From the NCBI GenBank assembly GCA_002633005.1, contig NMRA01000148.1, positions 620,001 to 684,000 on the forward strand: a stretch of DNA of 64,000 bases, written 5' to 3'. The position numbers and the translations under genes are program-made. The notes beneath the pieces are model-generated. The model had not been told where the DNA came from. It worked only from the letters and a program-made list of their open reading frames with translations, and did no database searches. The stretch comes from Phoronis australis (lineage: Eukaryota; Animalia; Phoronida). Each line of letters starts with the position of its first letter. Position 1 is the first letter of the stretch. This document shows positions 14,101-26,900 of this stretch, in pieces.

Positions 14101-14365
14101 GTCTGTGTCTGCTGTGCTGGCACATTTCAGATGATGGAACTGTTTATGTCTTCTATCGTTAGTAAATAACAAGATGTACATGCGATTGACACTCGACACT
14201 TGTGACAGTCCAAAACTGGGTCACACTCACGCTGTTGCCGGTGCCTATCGCTGTACATATTCTATTTTTTGCATTTCAGCTCACCTGATCATTAAATATG
14301 TGTCTGTTTTGACTAGCATTGTTCCTCATTAAAATGAATACTTCCGTTAAACTCCTGGTAGCCAT
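4933..14365 (-). CDS. STX16: Syntaxin-16 (Qa-SNARE, trans-Golgi network), 8 coding exons, 310 aa
   Basis: Exons (minus): 14365-14285, 12610-12522, 11396-11344, 8473-8367, 7386-7224, 6546-6440, 6069-5926, 5121-4933. All introns are GT-AG with consistent phases, total 933 nt. The translation has the [17 protein letters not shown]-peptide, [24 protein letters not shown], the SNARE motif [39 protein letters not shown] and a C-terminal TM after YQKKNRK, all characteristic of STX16/Tlg2. Confidence 0.96.
5926..6069 (-). CDS. STX16: STX16 coding exon 7 (SNARE motif, N-terminal half)
   Basis: ctgcag acceptor, CAG|gtatat donor; overlaps ORF 5863..6045. Confidence 0.95.
6440..6546 (-). CDS. STX16: STX16 coding exon 6 ([13 protein letters not shown]...LYDK)
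   Basis: ccacag acceptor, AAG|gtgtgt donor; REERS..FFD motif. Confidence 0.92.
7224..7386 (-). CDS. STX16: STX16 coding exon 5 ([11 protein letters not shown]...[11 protein letters not shown])
   Basis: ctttcag acceptor, gtaagt donor; open frame similar to the STX16 Hb/Hc helices. Confidence 0.92.
8367..8473 (-). CDS. STX16: STX16 coding exon 4 ([36 protein letters not shown])
   Basis: tttcag acceptor, AAG|gtagtg donor; Habc-domain motif HLNRPTLDD. Confidence 0.93.
8962..9560 (-). mobile_element. Truncated Helentron-associated/DINE-1-like element (family also at 28.7 kb and 61.6 kb)
   Basis: Shares the terminus gcaacgcagagcgttgaaatgcgcccac and the internal ccacta..aggcgccacagta unit with the other two copies. 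Confidence 0.65.
9940..11294. mobile_element. Tc1/mariner/pogo-type non-autonomous element (about 1.35 kb)
   Basis: TA-flanked TIRs: taccgtaattgccataataaccgccca versus tgggcggttattacggcgaatacgtta; ataagcgccc subrepeats at both ends. Confidence 0.75.
11344..11396 (-). CDS. STX16: STX16 coding exon 3 ([18 protein letters not shown])
   Basis: tttcag acceptor, gtaaga donor; conserved WVDG motif. Confidence 0.92.
12522..12610 (-). CDS. STX16: STX16 coding exon 2 ([29 protein letters not shown])
   Basis: ttttag acceptor, TG|gtaaga donor; ADDR and PP motifs. Confidence 0.9.
13489..13610. repeat. 122-bp near-perfect hairpin (foldback MITE) in STX16 intron 1
   Basis: ggcactggtcggatatagtgatccctgattttaagaaccagg pairs with cctggttttcaaaatcagagaccactatatccgaccactgcc; inner stem cactgcataa/ttattcagtg. 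Confidence 0.85.
14285..14365 (-). CDS. STX16: STX16 coding exon 1 ([27 protein letters not shown])
   Basis: ATG at 14365; donor CAG|gtgagc; matches the STX16 N-peptide. Confidence 0.93.
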
Positions 14366-14927
14366 CGCTAAGATGCATGAGCAACGGGATCGAAAATCTT
14401 AACAACCGAACTTTTACACAGCACTACTCACTTCCGAATATTATACAGGAAGTGTTCACCGTTGACGTCACCTTCATCAAAACCAGATTTTAAAATATCA
14501 TTAACAGCACAAATTTTATTCATAAAACCTTTTTAATCGTCAAATATAACACATTTTAAACTTTATTTAACAGAATTGTACTATAAAACTGATTTATAAA
14601 TGGTAATATTAGAATAATATATACCAACTTAAAACTCGTAGTTTGTTAAAAAGATACGGTTTGCAAAAAGTGAAAAAGAATTGTTTTTTTTTTTATTTCA
14701 GCGCACTTAAATGCAAATTTCAATAAGAAAGTTCGATAACTATTATAATATTTTATTTTCAAAGTAATGAATTCATCTGAAATACATTGAATATTTTACC
14801 TTGAATTTGTGTTTTGTAGCTGCTTCAGTTCAATTGCAAAGTGTGCGCATGCGTATTTACACGTTTTAATATTCGTCAAATTTGGGAGGTTTTCTATGAT
14901 TTTGAGAAGTTCAAACTCCTAAGAAGA
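14366..14927. promoter_or_regulatory. Putative bidirectional promoter shared by STX16 and VAP
   Basis: Divergent ATGs 562 bp apart. Contains ETS-type ACTTCCG (14430) and CAGGAAGT (14446), a full CRE palindrome TGACGTCA (14463-14470) and NRF1-like TGCGCATGCGT (14844-14854). Confidence 0.7.
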
Positions 14928-14985
14928 ATGGCAAAGCCCGAACAAGTTTTGGTGATAGAACCAGCCCAAGAACTGAGATTTCGAG
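14928..14985 (+). CDS. VAPB: VAP exon 1 ([19 protein letters not shown])
   Basis: ATG at 14928; G|gtaact donor. Confidence 0.92.
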
Positions 14986-17900
14986 GTAACTGAGTACATG
15001 TTTTGGCACTACACCAAATCACGTCACATTTTTCTTATCAATATGTTTGGAGAATGAACAGTGACACACCGACTATCTCGACAGCGTTATTGCGACAGAC
15101 AGTGTTAGTGGCCATGTAATGCCATTTACTTCCATCGGAGCACACGTCTAATCTTGTTCTTACAGCCAGTTCAAAATGATTTTCTCTCTCCATTTTAAGA
15201 TAGACAGCAACAGTTAGTATAATAGTATTGTGCTTAGCTATAGTACCTGGTCCTGTATTCGGACAGTGGTCGGTATACCAACCTTAGGCTGAATTAAACA
15301 GGGTTGAAAGTCTGTACATTGAAAGTGTAGAATTAAGTCATGCATATCACACTCGAAGATCAACCTGCACACATCGAAAATGCGACAGTATGAATGCTTA
15401 TATCTGAAGAAATAATGTGGCACAGGAATGAAGCCCTTCGATAGAAGTAGAATTTGTTCGCTCGAAGATTTGACTTTTTACTCTTTGCTTGTCACTCCGC
15501 TATTTTCATTTCTGGTACTTTGTGAACTGAAGCATTCACTTGGCTGATTGGCTGGCTTCCGCGTCACTTCATGGCATCATTAGGTCAAAAGCCAAGATTA
15601 CCAGATGACAGACACTTTGATTCTTCATTTTTCGAAATTGGTAAAAAGGCGGAATCAAACCGGCAAGACTGTTTGCAGTTCCCCAGATATGTCAAGGGAA
15701 TTTGATTTGGTTAGTACAAGCTGTTTACTAGTGAGACTTGAACAGAATTCAATGTAACTGATAAGGCTGTTAAAGGCTTGTGTATTTAAGGAAAATAATG
15801 TGGGTGCCGATCATGGGTACTCTGTCGATCTTAGGTACACTTATGCTAAAAACTCGAGAAAAGTCATCAGCCATCGACTGTAAGCAGGAGACACTAAGTT
15901 TGCTTTGGACCAATGCAGGTAAAAATGACCAAATAAAATCTTAACTCCAAGTTGATGACATTCAAAACTGCACTCTTCAGTAAACTAAATTAGTTACCAG
16001 TCAGCACTCGACAAGCGACAATGTCCACTTGAAGATATGAATGACTGCATATTTGCCACTAATATGTCTGGATTTGGGCTAGTAGTAGTACAAACCAGCA
16101 ACAAAAGAAAAAAACTTAAAAGAACTTTAGGCCAATTTTGTATTTACATGCGTATTTTTTCCACTCATATTCTCGACTGTTTTATTTGCAATTTAGAGTC
16201 CCGCAGAGTTATAGTCTTCGTCAGTGGCAGTTGTCGCCGGGGACGTCATCTTGTTAGCATCTTCTGCAGTACATTTAGAGTGGCGAGTTGTCTACTACAG
16301 CCTCTCGTTGTACACTTCAAATTGATTCTCCAAGGGAACCATTCGTTTCTCGCAGTTTTAAGAGCCAAATTTGTGCCTTGTTCACATCTGAAACTGAAGT
16401 AACACATGGAATTTTATGGCTGACCATTTTTTCCATGTGGGGCACCTATTCAGTGCCAAACAGGCAAGCATCGGGATCTGATATTTTGTGGCTGACCTGT
16501 TTCACATATTTGGCTCAAATTCAGTGCCAAAGGAGCAAAACTGGAATCCCCTAATAATGGAATTCAGCACAAAGTCGAAGTAGTTTGAGTGAGGCTAGTG
16601 GTAGAATACATATTAACCAACATTAGACACATGATTTTTTCCTGTGAAATTTGCACTGCATCATTCTCACGCATAAATTTGTCTTTTGGCCGGAGCATAC
16701 AGGGCCTCGTAGACATTTTTTGTGATAATTTTTTGACAGGAAGTTTTTCAGTTGTTTTGAGTTACAACAGTTCGAACTAATGGAGGGAGTTTACGCTTAG
16801 ATTTATGTAGTTTTCATATTCATCAATTTTGGTGATATTCAAAGCATTTCCGGTTTCCGTAAGGCTAGTTGTCGATGCAAAAATTAAATCGTCTGTTTCT
16901 AACCAACACGTATATTTGAATACCTAAGTACGCAATTTGAAATAGGAGAAAGTATACGTTGAAAAAATACCAGCCAAATTCCAGGACTGACATGCTATAC
17001 GAACGTTACTGGATTAAAACCAATAATTTTGAAGACATTTGACTAAATGTGCTGTCTTGTAGATAAAGTCCTACATAACCTATATTCTTGCGAGAACCTG
17101 ATTGGTGCAGGACTGCAGGTTAATATTTTCCCAGTTTGAAGGTAGAGTTGACCAGTGCTACTCACACGTGTTGGCTCTTATGCAATTTTCGCAAACGGTG
17201 ATTTTCATTGAAATTTGGAATGTTCTACTTCACATTTGTTTCAAAACATACCTGGATTATAATATAATTGTTTTCTGTTCTTTTCACATTTCTTTCAAAA
17301 TTATTCACTATCCCAACTTAAGGAAATTTGTAGTTCAAAAGGCCAGTTCCAAAAAGATGACATCTGCTTCTGCTTCCGCCTGAAGAATCTGTTGAAGACA
17401 ACTCTAGTTTCTAAATGGATACAAGTGAAAACTAGGTCAATAGGTTAATTTTTGACTTTTCAACTTACATCAACTTTATGGAAAATGTAGTGTTGATTAA
17501 GTGTTGTGGGACATTTGTGCGTAACGTGGTTATTTCCGTATACTAGTATATTGCCAACCTTTTTTCGTCTACCTACTTATTCTGTGTTCATTGGCACTGA
17601 GTACAGTATAATTTACTCATTTAGACCTTACAACTGCCACAGGTAATATTTTGATTTGAAACTTGTAGAAAAACTTGTGCAGCCTCCATGGGGTAGCTAC
17701 CTTCTTAACCTTATGGTATTTACAGATAAGTTACCTGTCTAAGTAGGCTTAATACAGGATTAACCTATGAAAACTTTATTGAAATGTTGTGATGAACATG
17801 AATAGCCTGAGAGGGTTAAGAGAAAATATTCCATACTCAGTGTAAAGAAGTCTTTGTCTTAAGTCACAAAATTGTGTAAACCCACATTCTATGAATACCA

Positions 17901-20900
17901 TACTCAGAGTGCAGTGGCACTTACATTTTCTGTCCTGTAAGAGCTCAACCAATCAGTCCACTGGCAATTGTTGCTGATAAATAGTACTTGCTGTATGCGG
18001 GTTCATGTGATTGAAAGCCTTCTTCTCAGTCTATTTTCTCACTATTGTCATGTCTTCCATTTTTTGTTAGGCCAGAAGAAGTATTGTTGGTTCTTGTCAG
18101 TGCTCGGCTCATTTTGAAACCTGTGCCCTTCCCCTCATGAATTTAACCAAGTTCTTGAATTTTTGTTTTTTTAAGAGGTACAAAAGGCAACGCAAACTAT
18201 GGTTTATAGGCCGCCAGCTTTCCAACTCTCCACGATTATTTCTTGATTGAAAATTAAATGATCAAAAATTAATCATCATTGTCTGCTGGTATCTATGATA
18301 TCCATCTAACATTTAGACTGATTTCACGAAACAGGCTAAGCCATCTGAAGACTGATTTTTAGCCAGAAATCTAAAGATAGTACTAGACTAGAAACAGTCT
18401 CGTGGTCACACTGTTTATGTGGTATCAGCGCAGTTCATAAAAAAGGCAACTATGGCTATTTCTGCCTTGTTTTTTACACCTCTGTTGAGTATTTTAATGT
18501 TGCTACTGTGTAGGGTTAAGTGCCCTTGGAATGAACTTTGGAATCATACAGGCCTTGTGTCTGGGTATCTGTCTGAGATCAGATTTTGGTCTTCTAATAG
18601 TACTTCATGGAATTTTTGGTGGTTTGGATCAATATTGTCCAGTGTCGCTCTGTCCCCGAGCTATTTCATTTCCTGTTTACTTCAGTATAGGTCAGCTAAG
18701 CAATTTTGCCAACNNNNNNNNNNNNNNNNNNNNNNNNNNNNNNNNNNNNNNNNNNNNNNNNNNNNNNNNNNNNNNNNNNNNGAAATTTCCAGGACTGGAC
18801 TCTCACCCTACAAAACAATATGACCCATGACTTGTCAAAAGAGATAAACCATCATACTTTTTACAACAGGGGCCGTTGACGACTTGCTTATGGATTGAAA
18901 GCATAAAATTATTGAATTATGATGTTGGTTGGTATCAGTTATTACACTTATTCGATGTTATCCAGCTGTTTTGAAAACAGCATCGTTGTAGGATGGCATC
19001 TTCTAGACACCTAATAGTAGGGTTTAATGAGCAACCAAGGCAGTCAAATGGCACTCTGTTAGGAATACATCAGATTCCAACCAGAATTTTTGACTGAGCA
19101 ACTGCTATCCATTGGCTACTTCTGTGAATTGGTTGAAACATTCTCCGTACAAAAATGATTTATACTATAGAAAACTACTGGTGTGCAATTTTGTTCCAAG
19201 TTATATCCTTGATTGAAGAGGTCGTAGTAATGGAAAGTTGATTATACAATGCGATTACTCCACACTTCACAGCTACCCCCTTGACTTTTTCAACTTGTTT
19301 GTTGAAGTTTTTTGATAATGTGTGCATATATGCACTGCAATTTCACATGCTGTCTTTGATATTCCAGAGCAGATTTTTTTTCAAATTGACTAGTACAATG
19401 TTCACAGACACACATGTGGCTTTTATCCATCTGTGTTCTAATTGGGATGGACTGTTTCCAAAGGGTGATTTGGTCCCTGATAACAGTTGCCAGGGGTGAT
19501 TCCTGGCATGGTCTCCTAAGCAGAATTCTACCAGTTGGATGTGGCCAGCTGCTTTTGCCTTGGTCCTAACAGCTTGTAGGTCAAAATTCCCCACCAGTTG
19601 GTTTTGATGTATTATATTGACTGAATTTGTAATATATCGAGTGACAATAGTTCAGCCATGCGCCCCCTGTGTGTGTCTATGCGTGTTCGTGTTCGTGTGT
19701 GTGTGCATGTGTGTGTGTCAAATTGGTGCAATTCGATATCCAATGAATGCTCGTTACTCAACATGCATATACAGGCTTTGAGTGAATTATGAGAACAAAA
19801 CTGCATGTGTTATGTTTTGTAAAACCTCTGCAGATTTCTGTTCATTTATGTTTCACATTTCTGTGGTTATGGAGAACCTGCTGTTCCCAGATGTAGCAAT
19901 GTCCTTGTGTTGTCCCTAACCAAGTCTGTTTAATTTATATAATTCCAACAATCCTTTCTGAGCCATTTGAATCAAATCTTTGTGTAATGAGCATTGTGCT
20001 CAAATCCCACATGTGCCTGGATCAGGTGAATCTGCTGTGGAGGTGGCTGTTAACCTGCTAAGTACTTATCATAATGGCACTTGACCTGTTTAGAGTGAAG
20101 TGATGGCAAATAATTTATTACCATTCTTTTAGAAACATTTCATTTTGGGCTGTGAAGCATTTTGAGTCAAACATTTGTTTAACGCTTATCTCTTATGCTA
20201 GGTTCACTTGTGTGGCGAAAACCTTTTGAAAAAAAGCAAAAATTGGTGCTAAAGCACCTTCAGTCACTGTAACAAATTAAGCCAATGATAAACATGGGTG
20301 AGAAACAACATGACCGCCGGTCCTCTAAATCGGACCGACTCACCCAAACAGGACTGACGCACCTAAAAACATGACCGTCCCACCACAAAACAGGACTGAC
20401 GCACCTAAAAACATGACCGCCCCACCACAAAACAGGACCGCCGGGGACTGAGTAGTTAAGGCCTTTGTGTGATACTGCGGGTTATGACGTAACCGGTCAG
20501 ATAGCTGTGTAAAGACTATCGCCAAAATAAAGCTTGACAGCCTTGCGTTATTGAGCTCCGTTACATCCCCGACATTGCCCACAGCCCGGGTAGTTCTGCT
20601 CGTCACCTCGTCGTGGAACTTACATCAACATGTAGTAGAGCGCGCGACCGATGCAGGCGCATGCAAAATCTAGGCGTCAACCAACACTCACCTTGCAGTT
20701 TGCAACCGCTTGAGTGAAAAACAATCTAATGAACTGTTGTAATAATAAGTGACATGTGCACGCGCCATTTCCTCAGAAAAATTTTGAGACATCTTTCGAA
20801 AGATGATGANNNNNNNNNNNNNNNNNNNNNNNNNNNNNNNNNNNNNNNNNNNNNNNNNNNNNNNNNNNNNNNNNNNNNNNNNNNNNNNNNNNNNNNNNNN

Positions 20901-23900
20901 NNNNNNNNNNNNNNNNNNNNNNNNNNNNNNNNNNNNNNNNNNNNNNNNNNNNNNNNNNNNNNNNNNNNNNNNNNNNNNNNNNNNNNNNNNNNNNNNNNNN
21001 NNNNNNNNNNNNNNNNNNNNNNNNNNNNNNNNNNNNNNNNNNNNNNNNNNNNNNNNNNNNNNNNNNNNNNNNNNNNNNNNNNNNNNNNNNNNNNNNNNNN
21101 NNNNNNNNNNNNNNNNNNNNNNNNNNNNNNNNNNNNNNNNNNNNNNNNNNNNNNNNNNNNNNNNNNNNNNNNNNNNNNNNNNNNNNNNNNNNNNNNNNNN
21201 NNNNNNNNNNNNNNNNNNNNNNNNNNNNNNNNNNNNNNNNNNNTTGCGGTTTTAGTCCCCGGCGGTCCTGTTTTGTGGTGGGGCGGTCATGTTTTTGGGT
21301 GCGTCAGTCCCATTTTCTGGTGCGGCGGTCCCATTTGATCCCCGGAGGTCCTGTTTAGAGGACCGGCGGTCATGTTGTTTCTCACCCGTGATAAACAAAG
21401 GCCTGTTTCCCCTCCCATGTATGTCCTGTAAGGTGACTGCCTACTAAAGTGTAAGGGAACCACCAAGTACCTTGCATTGGTTCACAGTATAACAGAGCAG
21501 ACAGAACATTGCATTGCATTCCACCAGATGGTTCAACACCATTAACACAAGCCAAGAACATCATTAAGGTTATGTAAGACTCTAGAAAAAACGGCCAAGT
21601 TTGGCTAGCTTCTGAACATCATATCTCAGAATTGTCTTATTGGATTCATATCAAACTGTCTGATATAGAGAATCCTACACGAGTCTCGGGTTCATCACAT
21701 GGGCAAAACCTCTTGGAAATTTTGTCAAAATCCCCAGGCAAGCCTAGTAAATACTCTTTGAAATTGTAACATGTACACTAAACAAATGTTTATAAATAAC
21801 AATTAGTAGGGTTCCCCCCTCCCTCGGTTGCCCTGAGGGCGTGAGCACTGAATTGACCTTGAGACAGGATAGCTAGTCAGTCTCACCGCATGATTTCTTG
21901 AGTTGGGCTCGGCTCAGTTTTAATGAATGTGGATATGGAATTCGCCGCTGATGATGGGTCAGTTTAACTCTTTCAACACCGCAGACCGGTTAACCGGTCT
22001 CAAAAACTTACCTCCATTCAACACCGTAGACCGCTTTATCGATCTCACGACATGCTGAACTTCAAGCAACAGCATATCTGATTGGTTGGTTAGGGGAATT
22101 CTTTTGTGCACGTCACAAATTTAAGTATAGACTTACCTTCATTTCTAACAGTTTTTCTGATTCGTTGTTGAGATGTATAACATGATTTATTGAAGGGGTT
22201 TTCCAAGAATTTAGGTCGATGACTCGCGAAAACAAAATGTCGATTTAGATGTAGACTTTTCAGATGACGAAATTGGCAATACTTTGTATGCTTTATACTT
22301 AATTGATATATGAGATAACCCAAAAAGGAATTCTAATTTATTTGGCCAGAGTTTGTTGACGATGATGACAAAGAAGTTGAATTTCATGGCTTTGAACCGG
22401 AGGCAAACTTTACAGGTCGCGAATTTCGCAATTTGGTCAAACTAACACCGTTGAACTCCGACAACTTCGCAAATTTTCTGAACATTTGGAGTCTGCTGGA
22501 GTGTACGATGGTTCTGATAAGCAAGTTAAGTACTTTCAAAATTTCTGTATCGATAAAATATTCGGTGAAATTGTCAGGATACCTAATTTGAACGCCCAAA
22601 AGAAGTTCAAGTCACAACCGGAAGTGGACAAATTTGAATCGTTGAACTTAACGATCGCCGAATTTAGTCTCTTTATGGCCTTCAAATGTGAATAGAAGAT
22701 GTGAAATATGGTGGAAAATGTATCTTAAGAAATGGTACTGAAGAATATTGACAACACTGTTAATAGAAGATGTGAAATTAGATGGAAAATGTATCTTAAG
22801 AAATGTTACGACAACACTGTTAATAGAAGATGTGAAATATGATGGAAAATGTGTCTTAAAAAATGTTACTGAAGAATATTGACAACACTGTTACTCATAA
22901 ATCATTTTTATTCTTTAAACGATACATTGAATTAGCAAATTGGCAACTTAATACCTGCGTTTCAGGTGTTACTTACCTGCATCACCCGAGAGAGTAAGAT
23001 TTTTAATTTTGGTGAATTGTAGATAAATTTCATTCCTGGTCGTTCTCTACATTTTGGTGTATCACACTTTGAAATTCAGTGATAATTGGATTGTCCATGG
23101 AATTTTGAAAATACCTCAGTTCAGCCCATGTGTGCAAAGTTACTGGGGGTTCAGGGACGTCAGTGGCCGATAGTAGCTTGGGGTTGAAAGAGTTAAGAAG
23201 TCATTTGCATGTCCTGTTGCTTTGGATGTCATATTGATCCTTGTTACCTTCACGGAATTCCACTATTGTTTGGCTGGTGCGCATTTGGTTGCTGGTATTA
23301 GTGTTTTGCAGATGATAAAATGCACTTGGCATTTGGATTTCTACTTTGCACTACTTAGTGATTCACTCAATCCATGTTATATCAAAAAATTAGGTACTCT
23401 GTGTTACCAGTCATGTCGTAACACATTCTAGTTCTTGTGAGAAAGTGCTTTGTGCACTGTTATCCAAAACGATTTAAGGAATACTTTTAAAATGTTCCAC
23501 TTTTGGGTGAAAGGTTATAAAAAATAAGACCTTTATGATTTTCATGAAAAAAATCAAAAGCTTTATAATGAAATAATCATCCTTTGAACATTTGAATCAA
23601 ATGAAATTTGATCACGTTAATCATACTGTTGTTTTGCAATCAATGTATCTTTCTGTTTGCTAAAATTTTTCTAAAAAGACATGGTCACGTAACTGAATGG
23701 CAGTTTAGTAAAAAGTCAAGAAAAAAAAATTTACTGGCTTTCTACTTTCAGAAAATATTCTTCAACTCAGTTAAAGTCTACAATTTTTATAGATATTTGT
23801 CTAAATTCTCACAATGCTAGTTCAAGCTTATATTTGGATGCCTGTCTTGGTTAATTGTGGCATACAACTGGACTCCATTCAGAACAATTTTGAATACAAA

Positions 23901-26900
23901 GTCTTGTAGTCCATTTCGCAAATCAGATCTTGGAGCTTGGAAGGGCGCACTGTGTTAGAGTCTAAATAATCTGATGGTAATGCAGTCAGTCTAGTTTGTT
24001 TTACACTTTTGTTTTGTTGAACTTGAGTGCTCCCCTGAGCCAGGCCATGGAGTCCAATCTATGTTTTCAAATCTTGATTGAAAAATGAACCATTTACATT
24101 GCATGCTTCGAATAAACGTACACTATACTCTATTCATGCTTTGTGGTTACAGCAAATGGGTAAATTTGGAGATAAGTCTCTGTTCAGAGATTCCGGTAAA
24201 CTTTCTTCAGTTTAGAACACAATGTGACAGAACAATAAAAGGTTATTTTTTGAAATTTTTCAACTAAAGTTTATAGGAAGAAACCTTTTCTTCATCATTT
24301 ATTCATTTCCAAAGTGTATATTATACAACTTAACAAACAATGAAATTTGAGCTTTTTTGACAATATAGTTGGCTGTGAAAGTTAGAAAAATGTTGATGAT
24401 TTTAGCAATTACCTTTATTTAAAGGAAACCTTGGGCCCTCATAACTAGTCATCACATTTTTAACTACTAATACTCTACATTACACCGACAGGTCCTTTCA
24501 AAGATGTTGTCACTGCTGACTTAACCCTGAGTAACCCCACAGACAAACGTGTGTGCTTCAAAGTGAAGACAACAGCACCCAAGAGGTACTGTGTGCGGCC
24601 AAACAGTGGGCTGATTGAGGGACACCAGAATGTCACCGTGTCGGGTAGGTTTCCAGATTTCTTCAAACTATACTTAAATTTTTATAATATATTTTAAACC
24701 CCTACGCAACGCCACCATTGTTTTCATTCATGTTGTAAGGTGGAGCATTTTGTTTTTACTCTTTATTATAGAGAGTTAGTGCTCTGAATTTTAGATCACT
24801 ACTCTGTGGATGTAACAGGGTTCACTGACTGCTTCAGAAGAAACTTTATAGCATCAACAAGGTTTAATAGAGCTTAAAGTTTGGGATTTCTACTTGATTT
24901 ATATTAGTGCTGGGCAAGACTTCACAGTGCACATGAAAATGGGGCAGCTCACAGGAGCTGTTGACTGGATAAGAGATTCTAAAAACCTCATCTGTTTATA
25001 AGGAGGTTGCTCTGTCATACATTAGAATGATTTCAATTGCCATTGGATTTATTGTGGGATAATATAGGTAATTTTGACTTCAAACTTCAATGTTAGATTC
25101 ATGTGAAGTGATAGTCAACCCCTTTACGACGGTCTTGTTGTGTGGTCTTGCAGCAACGCTACAGTCAAGCCTTTAAATTATTCTCGTTGAAAGCGAAAGG
25201 GATGTAGCAATGATAAGCGCTGATACGTCAATGTGCCCATTTGTGCAGAGAATAATGTAGTTCTATATGCAAGTAATCCTTTGGTCCATTCTTGATTTTC
25301 ACAAATCCATGTAGGAAAATGTTCTGTGCAAAACTCCTGAAGAACCTTAGATGAGGTTATGTCTGCCTGACTTATGTGTTCTTGCAAGGAGGCAGTGTGT
25401 CCTGGTAGTATAAGTGTCAGCTTCCTTTACTCAAGGTCGTGGACTCCAGATCTACTGGGTCGCACTGCTAGACCCTTGAATCAGGTCTCTAACTCCTCAG
25501 TTCGGTTTTAAGAAAATATATAAAAATGGTTCTAGGTGAAAACAGCAATGGGCCTGTGAATGTTTGGTACAACTGTACTAGGCCGCCTGCAGTTATGTTT
25601 TAATTAATGTGTTCCTGCAGTTGTGCTACATGTTTTGAACCTACCATATGCAGTTATGCCGAGTGTTCCTGCAGTCAAGCCTCTCACTGTGTGTTCCTGC
25701 AGTCATGTGACAATGTCAAGCCTTTCACTGTGTGTTTTATGCAGTCATGTTACAATGTCAAGCCTTTCACTATGTGTTCCTGCTATCATGTTACAGTGTC
25801 CATCATTTCACTGTGTGTTCCTGTAGTCATGCTATAATGTCAAGAGTTCCACTGTGTTGTCCTCCAGTCATGCTACATTTTCAAACCTTCTAATGTGTGT
25901 TCCTGCAGTCATGCTACCACGTTAAACCCTTTTCTTTTGTTTTCTTACAGTCATGCTACAGCCATTTGAGTATGACCCAAATGAGAAGAACAAACACAAG
26001 TTTATGGTGCAGTCTATGTTTGCTCCAGAAGGCAACATAGAAAGTCACGAAACTTTGGTGAGTGGGAGGATTCTTGCTTGGGTGACAATGACATGTCTCT
26101 ACCACCAATGAACCATTCAAGAGTAATGTGACAGTCATGTTTCTATAGTTTTAGATTAGATATCTGTTTGCCTCATGCATTACTCTTGTACACTTTCTCT
26201 TAAACGAGCCAATTCGCATACCTTTTGTGGAATGTTTTGATTAGTGACCGATTTGGGAATTAGAAATTTGCCCAAATCGTTCTGTCAACTTATTAGGTCT
26301 TGGACTTAAAACCAATTCCTCAGCAATCTGTCAAGTGATCATGAGGAATAAAAGTATATTTTTGTTACACGTGCACCCCTCTTTTTGTCCGTAGTGGAAG
26401 AATGCCTCTCCAGATATGCTGATGGATTCAAAGTTGAAGTGTGTCTTTGAATTGCCAGTGGGAACACCAGCCGCTGCACCAAGCCCAACGGTAAATATTC
26501 CGCAGGTTTTTCAACCTTCATTCTAACTCTGAGATCTCTTTTCAACACCTCTATCGTTTGGTCAACAGATGGCATTTATCCACACCATCTTTTGACCGCA
26601 TCTCATATATTTAAAATTATAATTGTATACTGGAGAAATATCCCCTTTCTGTGACTTAATCCGAGTCGTCGTTTACTGGGTCGAGTCACTGTCGTTGGTC
26701 AGTGTTTTGTGTTATTTTTTTACTACAAATACAAGTCGCCAACCATCTCGATCAAATTTCATCGTGCTCTTTCCTTTATTTACTAGGCATGCAGCTTAAG
26801 TTACATGGTTGACTGTCTTTTTTTCTGTGTTCCATTTTATTGAACGTAACCAGATATAGTCAAAGGGACTACAGAAAGTGACAGTTGCATTATCCACATC

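Noticed and set aside
20754-21338. ORFs of 134-194 aa crossing N runs (also 18419-18830)
   Set aside because: Artefacts of translating through assembly gaps.
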